Position numbers and translations under genes: made by a program
Shown: one piece after another, positions 10,501 to 18,569 of the stretch
Numbering within the stretch: the first letter of the stretch is position 1
Layout of the letters: each line of letters starts with the position of its first letter
Origin: an uncultured Acidobacteriota bacterium
GTDB taxonomy: Bacteria > Acidobacteriota > Blastocatellia > RBC074
Reading direction: 5' to 3'
Assembly: GCA_963796275.1 (NCBI GenBank)
Contig: CAWCKY010000006.1
Coordinates: 128,001 to 192,000 of the forward strand
DNA: 64,000 nt
Notes under the pieces: model-generated
The model's database searches: none
Told to the model about the DNA's origin: nothing
The model's input: only the letters and a program-made list of their open reading frames with translations

Positions 10501-13500
10501 GCCAGGGAAGTCTTCGGAGACGGGCTTTGCGCGATAAAAGAGATAGAGTTTCAAAAAGCGCTTTTCCTGACTGAAGGCGAAACGACGAAGCTCCAGATGG
10601 TCTTCGATCCAGGAGCGGCCGCTTTCGAGGTCTTCAGCCGGATTAAAGACACCAAGCAGGCTGCCAGACAACCGTGGATTCGCCATTCGGCTGGCAAGCT
10701 ACTCCAGGAGCCCGGCGCCGCTCAACCGGTCGCGCCCTTTTCTATAGATAAGATTCGAAGTCGCTGCGACAAGGATTTCTCAGACATTTGCTATTCCGCT
10801 TTTCGGGGATTCGGCCTCGACTTCGGCCCGTCTTTTCAGGGGATCGAGCGGCTCTGGCGCGGAGACAGTGAAGCGCTGGCGCTGATACAAGTCCCTGAAT
10901 CGGTAGCCGAAGACATTCAGGGCTACCAACTCCACCCGACCCTGATCGACGCCTGCTTCCAATCGCTGCTCGCCTTTTTGCTTGCCGAAGGGGCGGATAA
11001 CAACCGGAAAGGCCCGCTCTATCTCCCCGTGTGGATAGAGCGGCTTCGGGTCTACGGCCGCCACGGCTCTAAACTGTGGAGCTATGCCCGTCTGATTGAG
11101 CTAACCGACGTCGGTCTGGAGGGAGATGTTTGGCTGCTTGACGAAGCCGGAAATGTCTTGATCGAGATACAGGGCTTCCGTCTCCAGGCTCTGGAAGCGG
11201 CGCGGTCCAGCGCTTCAGAGTCTATGACAGACTGGTTGTATGAGTTCGAATGGCAACTTGATCGGCCGGAAGCGCGAATCGGGGAACTGATCTCCTCAAC
11301 ACAGGAGATGCCGGGAAGCTGGATGATCTTCGCGGACAGCGGCGGCGTCGGAGAGAAACTGGCGGAGTTGCTGGCGGCGCGCGGCCAGAAGCCGATTTTG
11401 ATCACCGCGGCAAAATCCTATCGTCGCATCAGTGAGGATCGCTTCCAGCTATGCCCGGAACGAGTGGATGACATCCACCAGCTGTTTGAGGCCGTGTGCG
11501 CCGATGAGCCGGGCGGAGCAAACCGCGCTGGCGGAGCCGGCTGTCGCGGCGTGATACATCTCTGGAGTTTGGATACCGCTCCGCCCGAGGTATTGACGCA
11601 CATCTCGCTGGAGGCGGCGCAGAATCTCGGATGTGGGGCCGCGCTGCGCCTGGTTCAGGAGCTGGCCAAACGCCAATGGACAAATGCTCCCCGCCTCTGG
11701 CTAGTGACGCGTGGCGCGAACACGGTCAGGGCCGGCATTGAGCCAGCCTCGGTCGCTCAATCCCCGCTGTGGGGGCTCGGAAGAGTGATCATCAACGAGC
11801 ACCCGAACCTGCGCTGCCGGATGGTCGATTTGTGCCCGCCTGGCCGAATGGACTCCTCACAAGAGATTCAACTGCTCTTCGACGAGTTGTGGATGGACGA
11901 CCATGAAGAAGAGGTCGCTTTTCGGGATGGCATGCGCTACGTCCACAGGATGAACAAAATGGCGGCCAAAGTCTCCGAAGCTGAGTCGCAGGAAAGATTC
12001 AAAGCCGGGGATGATCAACCTTTCCGCCTGGAGATTTCAGAGCCAAGGCTCCTGGACGCCTTGACACTGCGTGCGACACGGCGTGAGGCGCCAGGCCCCG
12101 GAGAAGTTGAAATTAAAGTACACGCGGCTGGTCTCAACTTCATGGATGTAATGAAGGCGGTAGGCATCTATCCTGCCGAAGACTTCAGCGAAACGACCTG
12201 GCTCGGCAGCGAATGCGCTGGCACGGTCGTTGCCGTGGGAGAAGGCGTGAGCGAATTTCGCCTCGGAGACGAAGTCATAGCGGTGGCTAGCGGTTGCTTC
12301 AGCGCCTTCGTCAAGACCGACGCCAATCTGGTAGTCCGCAAAACATCTCATCTCAGCTTTGAGGAAGCAGCGACGATTCCGATTGTTTTCCTGACGGCTT
12401 ATTACGCGCTCAGTCATCTGGCGCGACTGCGGAAAGGCGAGCGAGTGCTTATTCACGCCGCTGCCGGGGGCGTCGGCCTGGCCGCCATCCAATACGCCCA
12501 ATACATCGGCGCGGAGGTCTTCGCCACGGCGGGAAGCCCCGAAAAACGTGAGCTGCTGCGATCTCTGGGGGTGCGGTGGGTGATGGATTCACGATCCCTT
12601 GATTTCGCCGATGAGGTAATGGAGATCACCGGCGGAACGGGCGTGGATGTCGTCTTGAACTCTTTAATCGGAGAGGCCATCCCAAAGAGCCTCTCGGTTC
12701 TGGGCGCCTACGGGCGTTTCCTGGAGATCGGCAAACGCGATATTTATCAGAACAGCAAGTTGGGGCTCCGGCCTTTCCGAAACAACCTGTCGTATTTCGC
12801 CATTGACATATCTCGGCTATGTTTCAGAACGCCTGAAGTGGCCGGCAAATTTTTCCGCGAGCTGATGCATTATTTCGAGGACGGAACTCTCCGCTCCGTC
12901 CCGTATCAACCCTTCTCTATTTCAGATGCCGTGAGCGCCTTCCGCTACATGGCCCAGGCGAAACACACGGGAAAGATCGTGCTGTCGCTGCAAGGCCAGG
13001 AGGTGTGGGTGGCGCCCGCCGTCCATCAGGAGGAAGGGCAGGTTCTCCCGTTCCGTTCCGATGGGACGTATCTCATCACAGGAGGCTTGGGCGGGTTCGG
13101 CTTGGCAATCGCCCGGTGGATGGTTGAGCGAGGAGCGCGGCATCTGGTCTTGATGGGAAGAAGCGGGGCGTCGTCTCGCGAAGCGGAGACAGCCCTGGAG
13201 GCAATGGAACAAGCCGGCGCCGAGGTCGTCGTCGCCCGGACGGATGTCAGTAAGGAGCGGCAGTTGGCCGAGGTTCTCGACAACATACATAGATTCATGC
13301 CGCCGTTGAGGGGCATCGTCCACGCGGCGATGGTTATTGACGATGGCTATCTGTTCCAACTCGATGAGGAGCGCTTCAAGAAAGTAATGGCGCCCAAAGC
13401 CGTGGGCGCCTGGAATCTGCACACCCAGACCTTGACCTGCCCGTTGGATTTCTTTGTGCTTTTCTCCTCGGTCACGTCACTGATCGGGAATCCGGGGCAG

Positions 13501-14226
13501 GCGAACTACTGCGCCGCAAACGCCTTTTTGGACGCTCTGGCGCACTACCGCCGGTCCCTGAACCTTCCTGCCCTGACCATCAATTGGGGCGCCATCGGTG
13601 AAGTCGGATACCTCGCCCGGCATGGTGAGGTCAGTGAGCAGCTGGAGCGGCAGGGACTGGCGCCATTATCCATCGCAGACGCCACAGAGATGCTGGAACA
13701 TCTGCTGCAACGGAACCCGGCTCAGGCGGGCGTGATCAACATTGACTGGCAAAAGTGGGGCCGGTTTATGCCTGAGGCGGCCGCCTCGCCGCGGTTTTCT
13801 CATCTGATTCGCACAAACGGAGATCAGCAGGCAATGGACGATCAGGGAGAAATCGGCGGTTCGCTCCTCAACTTGATCCTCGCCGCAAAACCGGAAGAGC
13901 GCCAGCAAGCGCTGGCGATGCGGTTGTGCGAGCAGGTGGCGAGAGTGCTGGGAGCCGCGGTGGCTGAGCTGGATACCGAGCAGCCTCTGACCAGCTTTGG
14001 ACTCGATTCGATTATGGCGGTCGAGATGAGCCATTGGATCGGAAATGAATTGAAGATGGACTTGCCGACCATAGCCCTCATCCGGACCCCGAATCTCTCC
14101 CACCTCGCGGGGCAGATCCTCGACCAACTGGACGCCCGATCAACCGCGACCTCCGCCTCTAACTTGGCGGCTGCGAGCGAGACGGCGGATGTTGGAAATC
14201 TAACGGCGGGCACGGCGGTGGGGTAG
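7576..14226 (+). CDS. Type I PKS single module KS-AT-DH-ER-KR-ACP (fully reducing)
   Basis: KS VDTACSSSL, EAHGTGT, NIGHLE; AT GHSAG with VPYHS; DH DHRVQGTVTYPG and LIDACFQ; ER LIHAAAGGVG; KR TGGLGGFG, VIDD, QANYCAAN; ACP FGLDSIMA. Confidence 0.95.
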   Translation: MNSEPKVSDASNRLDIAIIGIGCRFPGGANSPGAYWELQRNGVDAITEVPADRWDSKAFYHPDSGRPGKINSRWGGFIERIDHFDARFFGISPREAARMDPQQRMLLEVAWEALEDGGQTLERLAGTGVGVFIGVSTMDYQEITRCVSDREFIDAHTNTGGAMSIAANRISYVFDFRGPSFAVDTACSSSLTAVHLATRSLRDGECELALVGGTNALIKPETTMGFSRASMLSPDGRCKAFDASANGYTRGEGAGMVVLKPLKKALADGDPIYAVIRGTAINEDGHTSGITVPGRQAQEAMLRQAYRQAGVVPSDVQYVEAHGTGTPVGDPIEAQALGAVLGQGRPPGDHCVIGSVKTNIGHLEAGAGIAGLIKVALMMRHRAIPPTLHFRDPNPNIPFEELRLRVPRTLEPWPDGKGLARAGVNSFGFGGANAHVVLEEAPQEDRGSGIEDRRSQSAILDQSSIHNPQSAYLLPLSARSPEALRAVAQAYQSFLAGDGAGTPLSDLCYSASLRRSHHDYRLALVGRSHEELAGSLAAFLAGETRHGLSSGHPVFGHRPRIVFVFSGMGPQWWAMGRQMLEQEPVFREAIERCDELLRRHAKWSLLEELLADESQSRMSEAEIAQPANFALQVALAALWRSWGIEPDAIIGHSAGEVAAIHVAGVMNLEEAVRVIFHRSRLQQRATGKGKMAAVSLSLAEAGRAIEGYEDRVSIAAINSPMSVTLSGDADAIEEIVRTLELRQVFSRILQVEVPYHSRHMEPFKDELSQSLRDLELRPASIPLYSTVSGLCIGLADSRELDAEYWWRNVRNPVRFAEAMDRLIQDGHNVFVELSPHPVLAGSISQCLMQSGQKGTILPSLRRQEAEREQMLGSLGVLHTLGNKVEWERLYPEGGRFVRLPSYPWQHERYWQESEVAEQSRLGRQIHPLLGRRMASAHPSWELDLDMQHLPYLGDHRVQGTVTYPGAAYVESALAVAREVFGDGLCAIKEIEFQKALFLTEGETTKLQMVFDPGAAAFEVFSRIKDTKQAARQPWIRHSAGKLLQEPGAAQPVAPFSIDKIRSRCDKDFSDICYSAFRGFGLDFGPSFQGIERLWRGDSEALALIQVPESVAEDIQGYQLHPTLIDACFQSLLAFLLAEGADNNRKGPLYLPVWIERLRVYGRHGSKLWSYARLIELTDVGLEGDVWLLDEAGNVLIEIQGFRLQALEAARSSASESMTDWLYEFEWQLDRPEARIGELISSTQEMPGSWMIFADSGGVGEKLAELLAARGQKPILITAAKSYRRISEDRFQLCPERVDDIHQLFEAVCADEPGGANRAGGAGCRGVIHLWSLDTAPPEVLTHISLEAAQNLGCGAALRLVQELAKRQWTNAPRLWLVTRGANTVRAGIEPASVAQSPLWGLGRVIINEHPNLRCRMVDLCPPGRMDSSQEIQLLFDELWMDDHEEEVAFRDGMRYVHRMNKMAAKVSEAESQERFKAGDDQPFRLEISEPRLLDALTLRATRREAPGPGEVEIKVHAAGLNFMDVMKAVGIYPAEDFSETTWLGSECAGTVVAVGEGVSEFRLGDEVIAVASGCFSAFVKTDANLVVRKTSHLSFEEAATIPIVFLTAYYALSHLARLRKGERVLIHAAAGGVGLAAIQYAQYIGAEVFATAGSPEKRELLRSLGVRWVMDSRSLDFADEVMEITGGTGVDVVLNSLIGEAIPKSLSVLGAYGRFLEIGKRDIYQNSKLGLRPFRNNLSYFAIDISRLCFRTPEVAGKFFRELMHYFEDGTLRSVPYQPFSISDAVSAFRYMAQAKHTGKIVLSLQGQEVWVAPAVHQEEGQVLPFRSDGTYLITGGLGGFGLAIARWMVERGARHLVLMGRSGASSREAETALEAMEQAGAEVVVARTDVSKERQLAEVLDNIHRFMPPLRGIVHAAMVIDDGYLFQLDEERFKKVMAPKAVGAWNLHTQTLTCPLDFFVLFSSVTSLIGNPGQANYCAANAFLDALAHYRRSLNLPALTINWGAIGEVGYLARHGEVSEQLERQGLAPLSIADATEMLEHLLQRNPAQAGVINIDWQKWGRFMPEAAASPRFSHLIRTNGDQQAMDDQGEIGGSLLNLILAAKPEERQQALAMRLCEQVARVLGAAVAELDTEQPLTSFGLDSIMAVEMSHWIGNELKMDLPTIALIRTPNLSHLAGQILDQLDARSTATSASNLAAASETADVGNLTAGTAVG
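8905..8986. repeat. Heptamer tandem/inverted repeat (GAGGATC-type then CAATCCG/CAATCCT) translated in frame in the KS-AT linker
   Basis: gaagatc gaggatc ggggatt gaggatc gaagatc, then caatccg caatcct cgat caatcct cgatcca caatccg; encodes EDRGSGIEDRRSQSAILDQSSIHNPQS. Confidence 0.85.
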
Positions 14227-14231
14227 TGCGT

Positions 14232-14315
14232 AGTTTTAAGTTTTCAGTTTTAAGTTTTCAGTTTCGGTTCGGTGACCTCGACCGAAAACTAAAAACTTAA
14301 AACCAAAAACTTAAA
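14232..14315. repeat. Intergenic heptamer hairpin (AGTTTTA/C x4 ... AAAACT-type x4); may act as a terminator or RNA-stabilising stem
   Basis: agtttta agttttc agtttta agttttc agtttcggttcggt...accgaaaact aaaaact taaaacc aaaaact taaa, immediately after the PKS stop codon. Confidence 0.85.
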
Positions 14316-14335
14316 TCTATTTTCGGAGGAATGTC

Positions 14336-14941
14336 ATGGAGATAGTTATCAAACCGGCGATCAACAACGAAGAGCGCGACTCGATGTTCCGCGTACGGCA
14401 GGAAGTCTTCGAGCGCGAATGGGGGATCGGGCTCGCGCAATTGCGGGCTTATAACGAGACCGCCTTACATTTACTCGCCCTGGTCGAGCCTGGCGAATAT
14501 CCGGTCGCGGCGCTCACCGTGGTGGACACAAGCGGCGATCAACAGCTCCACGAGAGCTACCGTTTGGGCTTCGCACCGCACACTCGCGCGGCGCGCTATA
14601 CCCAACTCGCCGTGCTCAAGCCTTATCGCGGGATGGACGTCCCGGTGCGGATGATCCTCGAAGCGCATCACCGCTTCGTCGTCCCCGGCCGGTTCGATTA
14701 CACCTGGCTGTTATTCGACGCACGGCACGCCGCGTCGTCGTCGCTCTGCCAGTGGCTCGCTTTTTCCGCGAGCGAGCAAGCTTTCGCGTCCGAATACGGC
14801 TTCAGCCGCTCGTTGGTAAGAGACGAGCGCACGCAGCGCTGCAAACGAGCCATCCGGCGAGTAGAGCGGTATTTTGGGCAGAGCGCGTGGCCTTTATTGC
14901 TTGCGAAATCGCAGCGCGAGCAGGTCGGATCATCTAGATAA
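14336..14941 (+). CDS. GNAT-fold acyltransferase-like protein (FeeM/acyl-ACP-dependent N-acyltransferase-like)
   Basis: GGAGG RBS; N-terminal FRVRQEVFERE and motif-A-like TQLAVLKPYRG. The family assignment rests on motif resemblance only. Confidence 0.65.
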   Translation: MEIVIKPAINNEERDSMFRVRQEVFEREWGIGLAQLRAYNETALHLLALVEPGEYPVAALTVVDTSGDQQLHESYRLGFAPHTRAARYTQLAVLKPYRGMDVPVRMILEAHHRFVVPGRFDYTWLLFDARHAASSSLCQWLAFSASEQAFASEYGFSRSLVRDERTQRCKRAIRRVERYFGQSAWPLLLAKSQREQVGSSR

Positions 14942-14966
14942 CTGTTAAAGAAAGAGAAACAAGGAA

Positions 14967-17900
14967 ATGCAGCGGGAGATCATCAACGGATTCCGGCTTT
15001 CACCGCAACAAAGGCGGCTGTGGTTATTGCAGCAAGGGAGCTCCGCCTATTGCGCTCAATCCGCCATTCTGATTGAAGGCGGCCTCAGACCGGAGGTTTT
15101 AAAGGAAGCGGTGTATCGAATCGTCAGGCGGCACGAGATCCTCCGCACGACTTTTCACAGTCTGCCAGGCATGAAGCTGCCGGTTCAGGTGGTGGCTGAA
15201 GAGAGCTCGCCTTCGTCTCTCCCATTGTGGTGGGACGACGACCTGAGCGATCGGAGCGCGGCGGAACAGGCGGAGAAGATTGAGGAGCTTTCCCGGGAAT
15301 ATCTCTGCCACCCATTTGATTTGGGTCAGGGCCTGCTCCTGCGCGCGTTTTTGCTGAGGGTTTCGGTTGAGAGACATATTCTCTTTCTCAGCCTGCCTTC
15401 AATTTGCGCCGATGCCCGGACGCTCAAAAATCTGGCTATTGAAATCGGCCTGTCTTATCAAGCTTATTTGATGGATGAGGCGCTATCCGGCGAGCCGATA
15501 CAATATGCGCAATTCTCCGATTGGCAGAATGACTTGCTCGAGGACGAGGATGCCGAGGCGGGCAGGGAGTTCTGGCGCAAGCAAACTCTCGCGGCGCCGC
15601 CGGCTGTTGCGCTTCCGTTTGAAAACGAGCGCGCGGGGCAAAATGGCTTTGAGCCGGACTCTTTTATGTTGGCGCTGGATCGGGGGATAGTGGCCGGTCT
15701 CGAGACCGTCGCCGAAAGACAAGGCGTCTCGACCGATGTCTTCTTACTGGCCTGCTGGCAGACGTTGTTGTGGCGACTGACGGCGCAATCCCGCATCGTC
15801 ATTGGTTACGCCCACGATGGCCGACGGCACGAGATATTGCAGGGCGGCCTCGGATTGTTCGCCAGATGGTTGCCGATCGGCTCCCGCTTCGGGGCGAATC
15901 TTCGGTTCAGCGAGGTCTTGTCTCAGATCGCAGCCTCCAAACGGGCAGCTGACGAATGGCAGGAATATTTCGTCTGGGACGATGCCCTGGCCTCGGAGGT
16001 TTTAAGGGATGACACGCCGCCGTTCTTTCCCATCGGATTCGAGTTTGAAGAACGCTGGTCGCCGCATCTGGCCGGCGGCCTGTTATTTTCAATCCACCGA
16101 CAGAGTAGTTGTGCGGAACGGTTTCACATCAAGCTCTCCTGCCACCGGACGGGCGATCTGCTCATGGCGGAGGTTCATTTCGATCGCGAACGGTTTCGCC
16201 GCGCGGATATCGAACGCCTGGCAGGCCAATTCTACGCACTGTTGTCGTGCGCCGTCGAGCGCGTCGAGACGCCCATCTGCGCATTGGAGATGCTGAGCGA
16301 CGCGGATCGCCATCAGTTGCTGGTCGCGTTCAACGATACGAACGCCGATTATCCCAAAGACCAATGCGTTCACCAGCTTTTCGAGGAGCAGGCTCAGCGT
16401 ACTCCGGGAAACCTCGCGGTGGTCTTCTCTGAATCGTTCGGGCCGGAACCGGAACAGCGATTGACTTACGCCGAACTCAACGCCCGAGCCAATCAGTTGG
16501 CCCGTTACCTGCGGCGAATGGGAGTGAGGCCGGAAGCGATTGTCGGCCTTTGCCTGGAGCGTTCGGTGGAAGCGGTGGTGGGTATCTTGGGTATTCTGAA
16601 AGCGGGCGCCGCCTACCTTCCCTTGGACCCGGCCCTTCCACAAGAACGACTGGCGTTCATGTTGGCGGAGACGCAGGCGGTGGCGCTGCTGACTCAGGAG
16701 CGATTGGTCGAAAGAATGGGGGATGGGGATTGGGAAGCGAAGACTCAGAGCCAGACATTCCGCATTCCATATTTCGCATTCGGCACTCGGGTGGTTTGCC
16801 TGGATGTGGATTGGGAGAACATCGCGCAGGAGAGCGAAGAGAATTTGGCCAGTGAGGCGACCGCCCGGGACCTGGCTTATGTGATCTATACCTCCGGCTC
16901 CACGGGAGAGCCGAAAGGGGTGATGATCGAGCATCGCTCGGTCGTGAATCTGGCCAATGGCCTCATGCGGACTGTTTACGCCGGTCAAGGCTCGCCTCTG
17001 CGGGTGAGTCTCAACGCGCCGTTGACCTTCGACGCGTCGGTCAAGCAACTGCTGCAATTGCTCTACGGCCACACGCTATGCATATTGCCGGAAGAAGTCC
17101 GGCTCGACGGGAAAGAACTGTTCTCCTATCTGAATCGCCACTCGCTCGATGCGCTCGATTGTACGCCAGCCCAGTTGCAGCTTTTGCTGGGGGCCGGATT
17201 TGGCACTCGCCCGGATGCGGCTACGAAGTTGGCGCTGGTGGGCGGAGAGGCGATTGACGACGCGACTTGGGGATCACTGGTCGAGAAGGGCGAGACGAAT
17301 TTCCATAACGTCTATGGTCCGACTGAATGCACGGTAGACGCCACGGTGTGCAGTGTGCGAGAGGCGGCGGAGCCTGTGATCGGACGGCCCATCGCAAACG
17401 CGAAAATTTTTCTGCTTGACGAACGCCTCAATCCCGTTCCCCTTGGTGTTCCCGGCGAGTTGCACATCGGCGGCGATGGGCTGGCCCGCGGTTATCTCAA
17501 TCGAGCGAATTTGACGGCCGAGAAGTTCATTCCGAACCCGTTCAACGCAGAGCCGGGCGCGCGCCTCTATAAGACGGGCGATCTGGCCAGCTACCTGCCC
17601 GATGGGATGATCAAGTTTCTCGGCCGCACGGATCATCAGGTGAAGCTCCGCGGCTTTCGCATCGAATTGGGGGAGATTGAAGCGGCGTTGAAGAGGGCCC
17701 CGGACGTGCGGGACGGCGTGGTCGTAGTCCGAGAGGACACACCCGGCGATAAACGCCTGGTCGCTTATGTCGTCCAGGCCCGGGGGCGTGCATTATCTAT
17801 CGGCGAGTTGAGAGATTTCCTCAAAGAAAAGCTGCCAGAGTACATGATCCCTTCGGCTTTTGTCCGGCTAAATGATCTGCCTTTGACGCGACACGGGAAA

Positions 17901-18272
17901 GTAGACCGCCAGTCGCTGCCTGCTCCCGAAAGCGATCGCCCGGAGTTGCGCGCGTCTTATGTGGCGCCCAAGACCAGCATCGAAGGAACCATCGCCGCTA
18001 TCTGGCAGGAGGTGTTGCGGGTCGAGAAGGTCGGAGTAAACGACAACTTCTTCGATCTAGGCGGCCATTCATTACTGATGGTTCAGGTTCACAGCAAGCT
18101 TCGCGAAGCTTTCAGCAAGGAGATTTCTCTGATCGAGATGTTCAGAAACGCTACTGTTGGCTCACTCGCCCGGTACTTTGCCGGGGAGGGAGACCAGCAA
18201 CCCTTGCTTCAGAAGGCTCATGACCGCGCTCAAAAGCGGAGAAGGGCGCGGGGTAGGCAGACGCAGATTTAA
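14967..18272 (+). CDS. NRPS: interface (I, non-catalytic C-like) domain-A(Glu)-T
   Basis: N-terminus GFRLSPQQRRLW; SLPSICADART replaces HHxxxDG; code DAKDLGVVDK (SrfA-A1-type Glu); T FFDLGGHSL; basic tail DRAQKRRRAR. Confidence 0.9.
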   Translation: MQREIINGFRLSPQQRRLWLLQQGSSAYCAQSAILIEGGLRPEVLKEAVYRIVRRHEILRTTFHSLPGMKLPVQVVAEESSPSSLPLWWDDDLSDRSAAEQAEKIEELSREYLCHPFDLGQGLLLRAFLLRVSVERHILFLSLPSICADARTLKNLAIEIGLSYQAYLMDEALSGEPIQYAQFSDWQNDLLEDEDAEAGREFWRKQTLAAPPAVALPFENERAGQNGFEPDSFMLALDRGIVAGLETVAERQGVSTDVFLLACWQTLLWRLTAQSRIVIGYAHDGRRHEILQGGLGLFARWLPIGSRFGANLRFSEVLSQIAASKRAADEWQEYFVWDDALASEVLRDDTPPFFPIGFEFEERWSPHLAGGLLFSIHRQSSCAERFHIKLSCHRTGDLLMAEVHFDRERFRRADIERLAGQFYALLSCAVERVETPICALEMLSDADRHQLLVAFNDTNADYPKDQCVHQLFEEQAQRTPGNLAVVFSESFGPEPEQRLTYAELNARANQLARYLRRMGVRPEAIVGLCLERSVEAVVGILGILKAGAAYLPLDPALPQERLAFMLAETQAVALLTQERLVERMGDGDWEAKTQSQTFRIPYFAFGTRVVCLDVDWENIAQESEENLASEATARDLAYVIYTSGSTGEPKGVMIEHRSVVNLANGLMRTVYAGQGSPLRVSLNAPLTFDASVKQLLQLLYGHTLCILPEEVRLDGKELFSYLNRHSLDALDCTPAQLQLLLGAGFGTRPDAATKLALVGGEAIDDATWGSLVEKGETNFHNVYGPTECTVDATVCSVREAAEPVIGRPIANAKIFLLDERLNPVPLGVPGELHIGGDGLARGYLNRANLTAEKFIPNPFNAEPGARLYKTGDLASYLPDGMIKFLGRTDHQVKLRGFRIELGEIEAALKRAPDVRDGVVVVREDTPGDKRLVAYVVQARGRALSIGELRDFLKEKLPEYMIPSAFVRLNDLPLTRHGKVDRQSLPAPESDRPELRASYVAPKTSIEGTIAAIWQEVLRVEKVGVNDNFFDLGGHSLLMVQVHSKLREAFSKEISLIEMFRNATVGSLARYFAGEGDQQPLLQKAHDRAQKRRRARGRQTQI
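16716..16790. repeat. Heptamer inverted-repeat insertion in frame inside the Glu A domain
   Basis: atggg ggatggg gattggg ... cattccg cattcca tatttcg cattcgg; encodes MGDGDWEAKTQSQTFRIPYFAFGTR between LLTQERLVER and VVCLD. Confidence 0.8.
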
Positions 18273-18317
18273 AGTTTGAGGATCGAGAATTGAGGATAGA
18301 CTCAAACCTCGATCTTC

Positions 18318-18532
18318 CTGACCCCCCCGGATTTTGTGGCTTAGCCCTGACGGGCGGAATATTTATAGCTGTTCGCTTATCGAAAAGTTGTCTTTAGTTC
18401 CAGCGGGGCGGCATCTTCACGGCTAGATGTCGCTCCGCTGGTAGTTTGAGAGCTTTTCCTTGCTGGAACTATAAACATTCCGCGCCGCTGGCGTTCCCCA
18501 GATGCTTAACTCACAAAATCCGGCGGGATCAG
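18318..18532. mobile_element. MITE-like non-autonomous element (215 bp) with 21-bp terminal inverted repeats, an 8-bp target-site duplication and internal REP-like palindromes
   Basis: Left end ctgacccccccggattttgtg vs reverse complement of the right end ctgatcccgccggattttgtg (19/21). Flanks are CGATCTTC at 18310-18317 and 18533-18540. Internal stems: cggaatatttatag/ctataaacattccg and cagcggggcggcatct/agatgtcgctccgctg. Confidence 0.82.
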
Positions 18533-18569
18533 CGATCTTCAATCATTGATCTCGGAGGAAGGAAGAACG

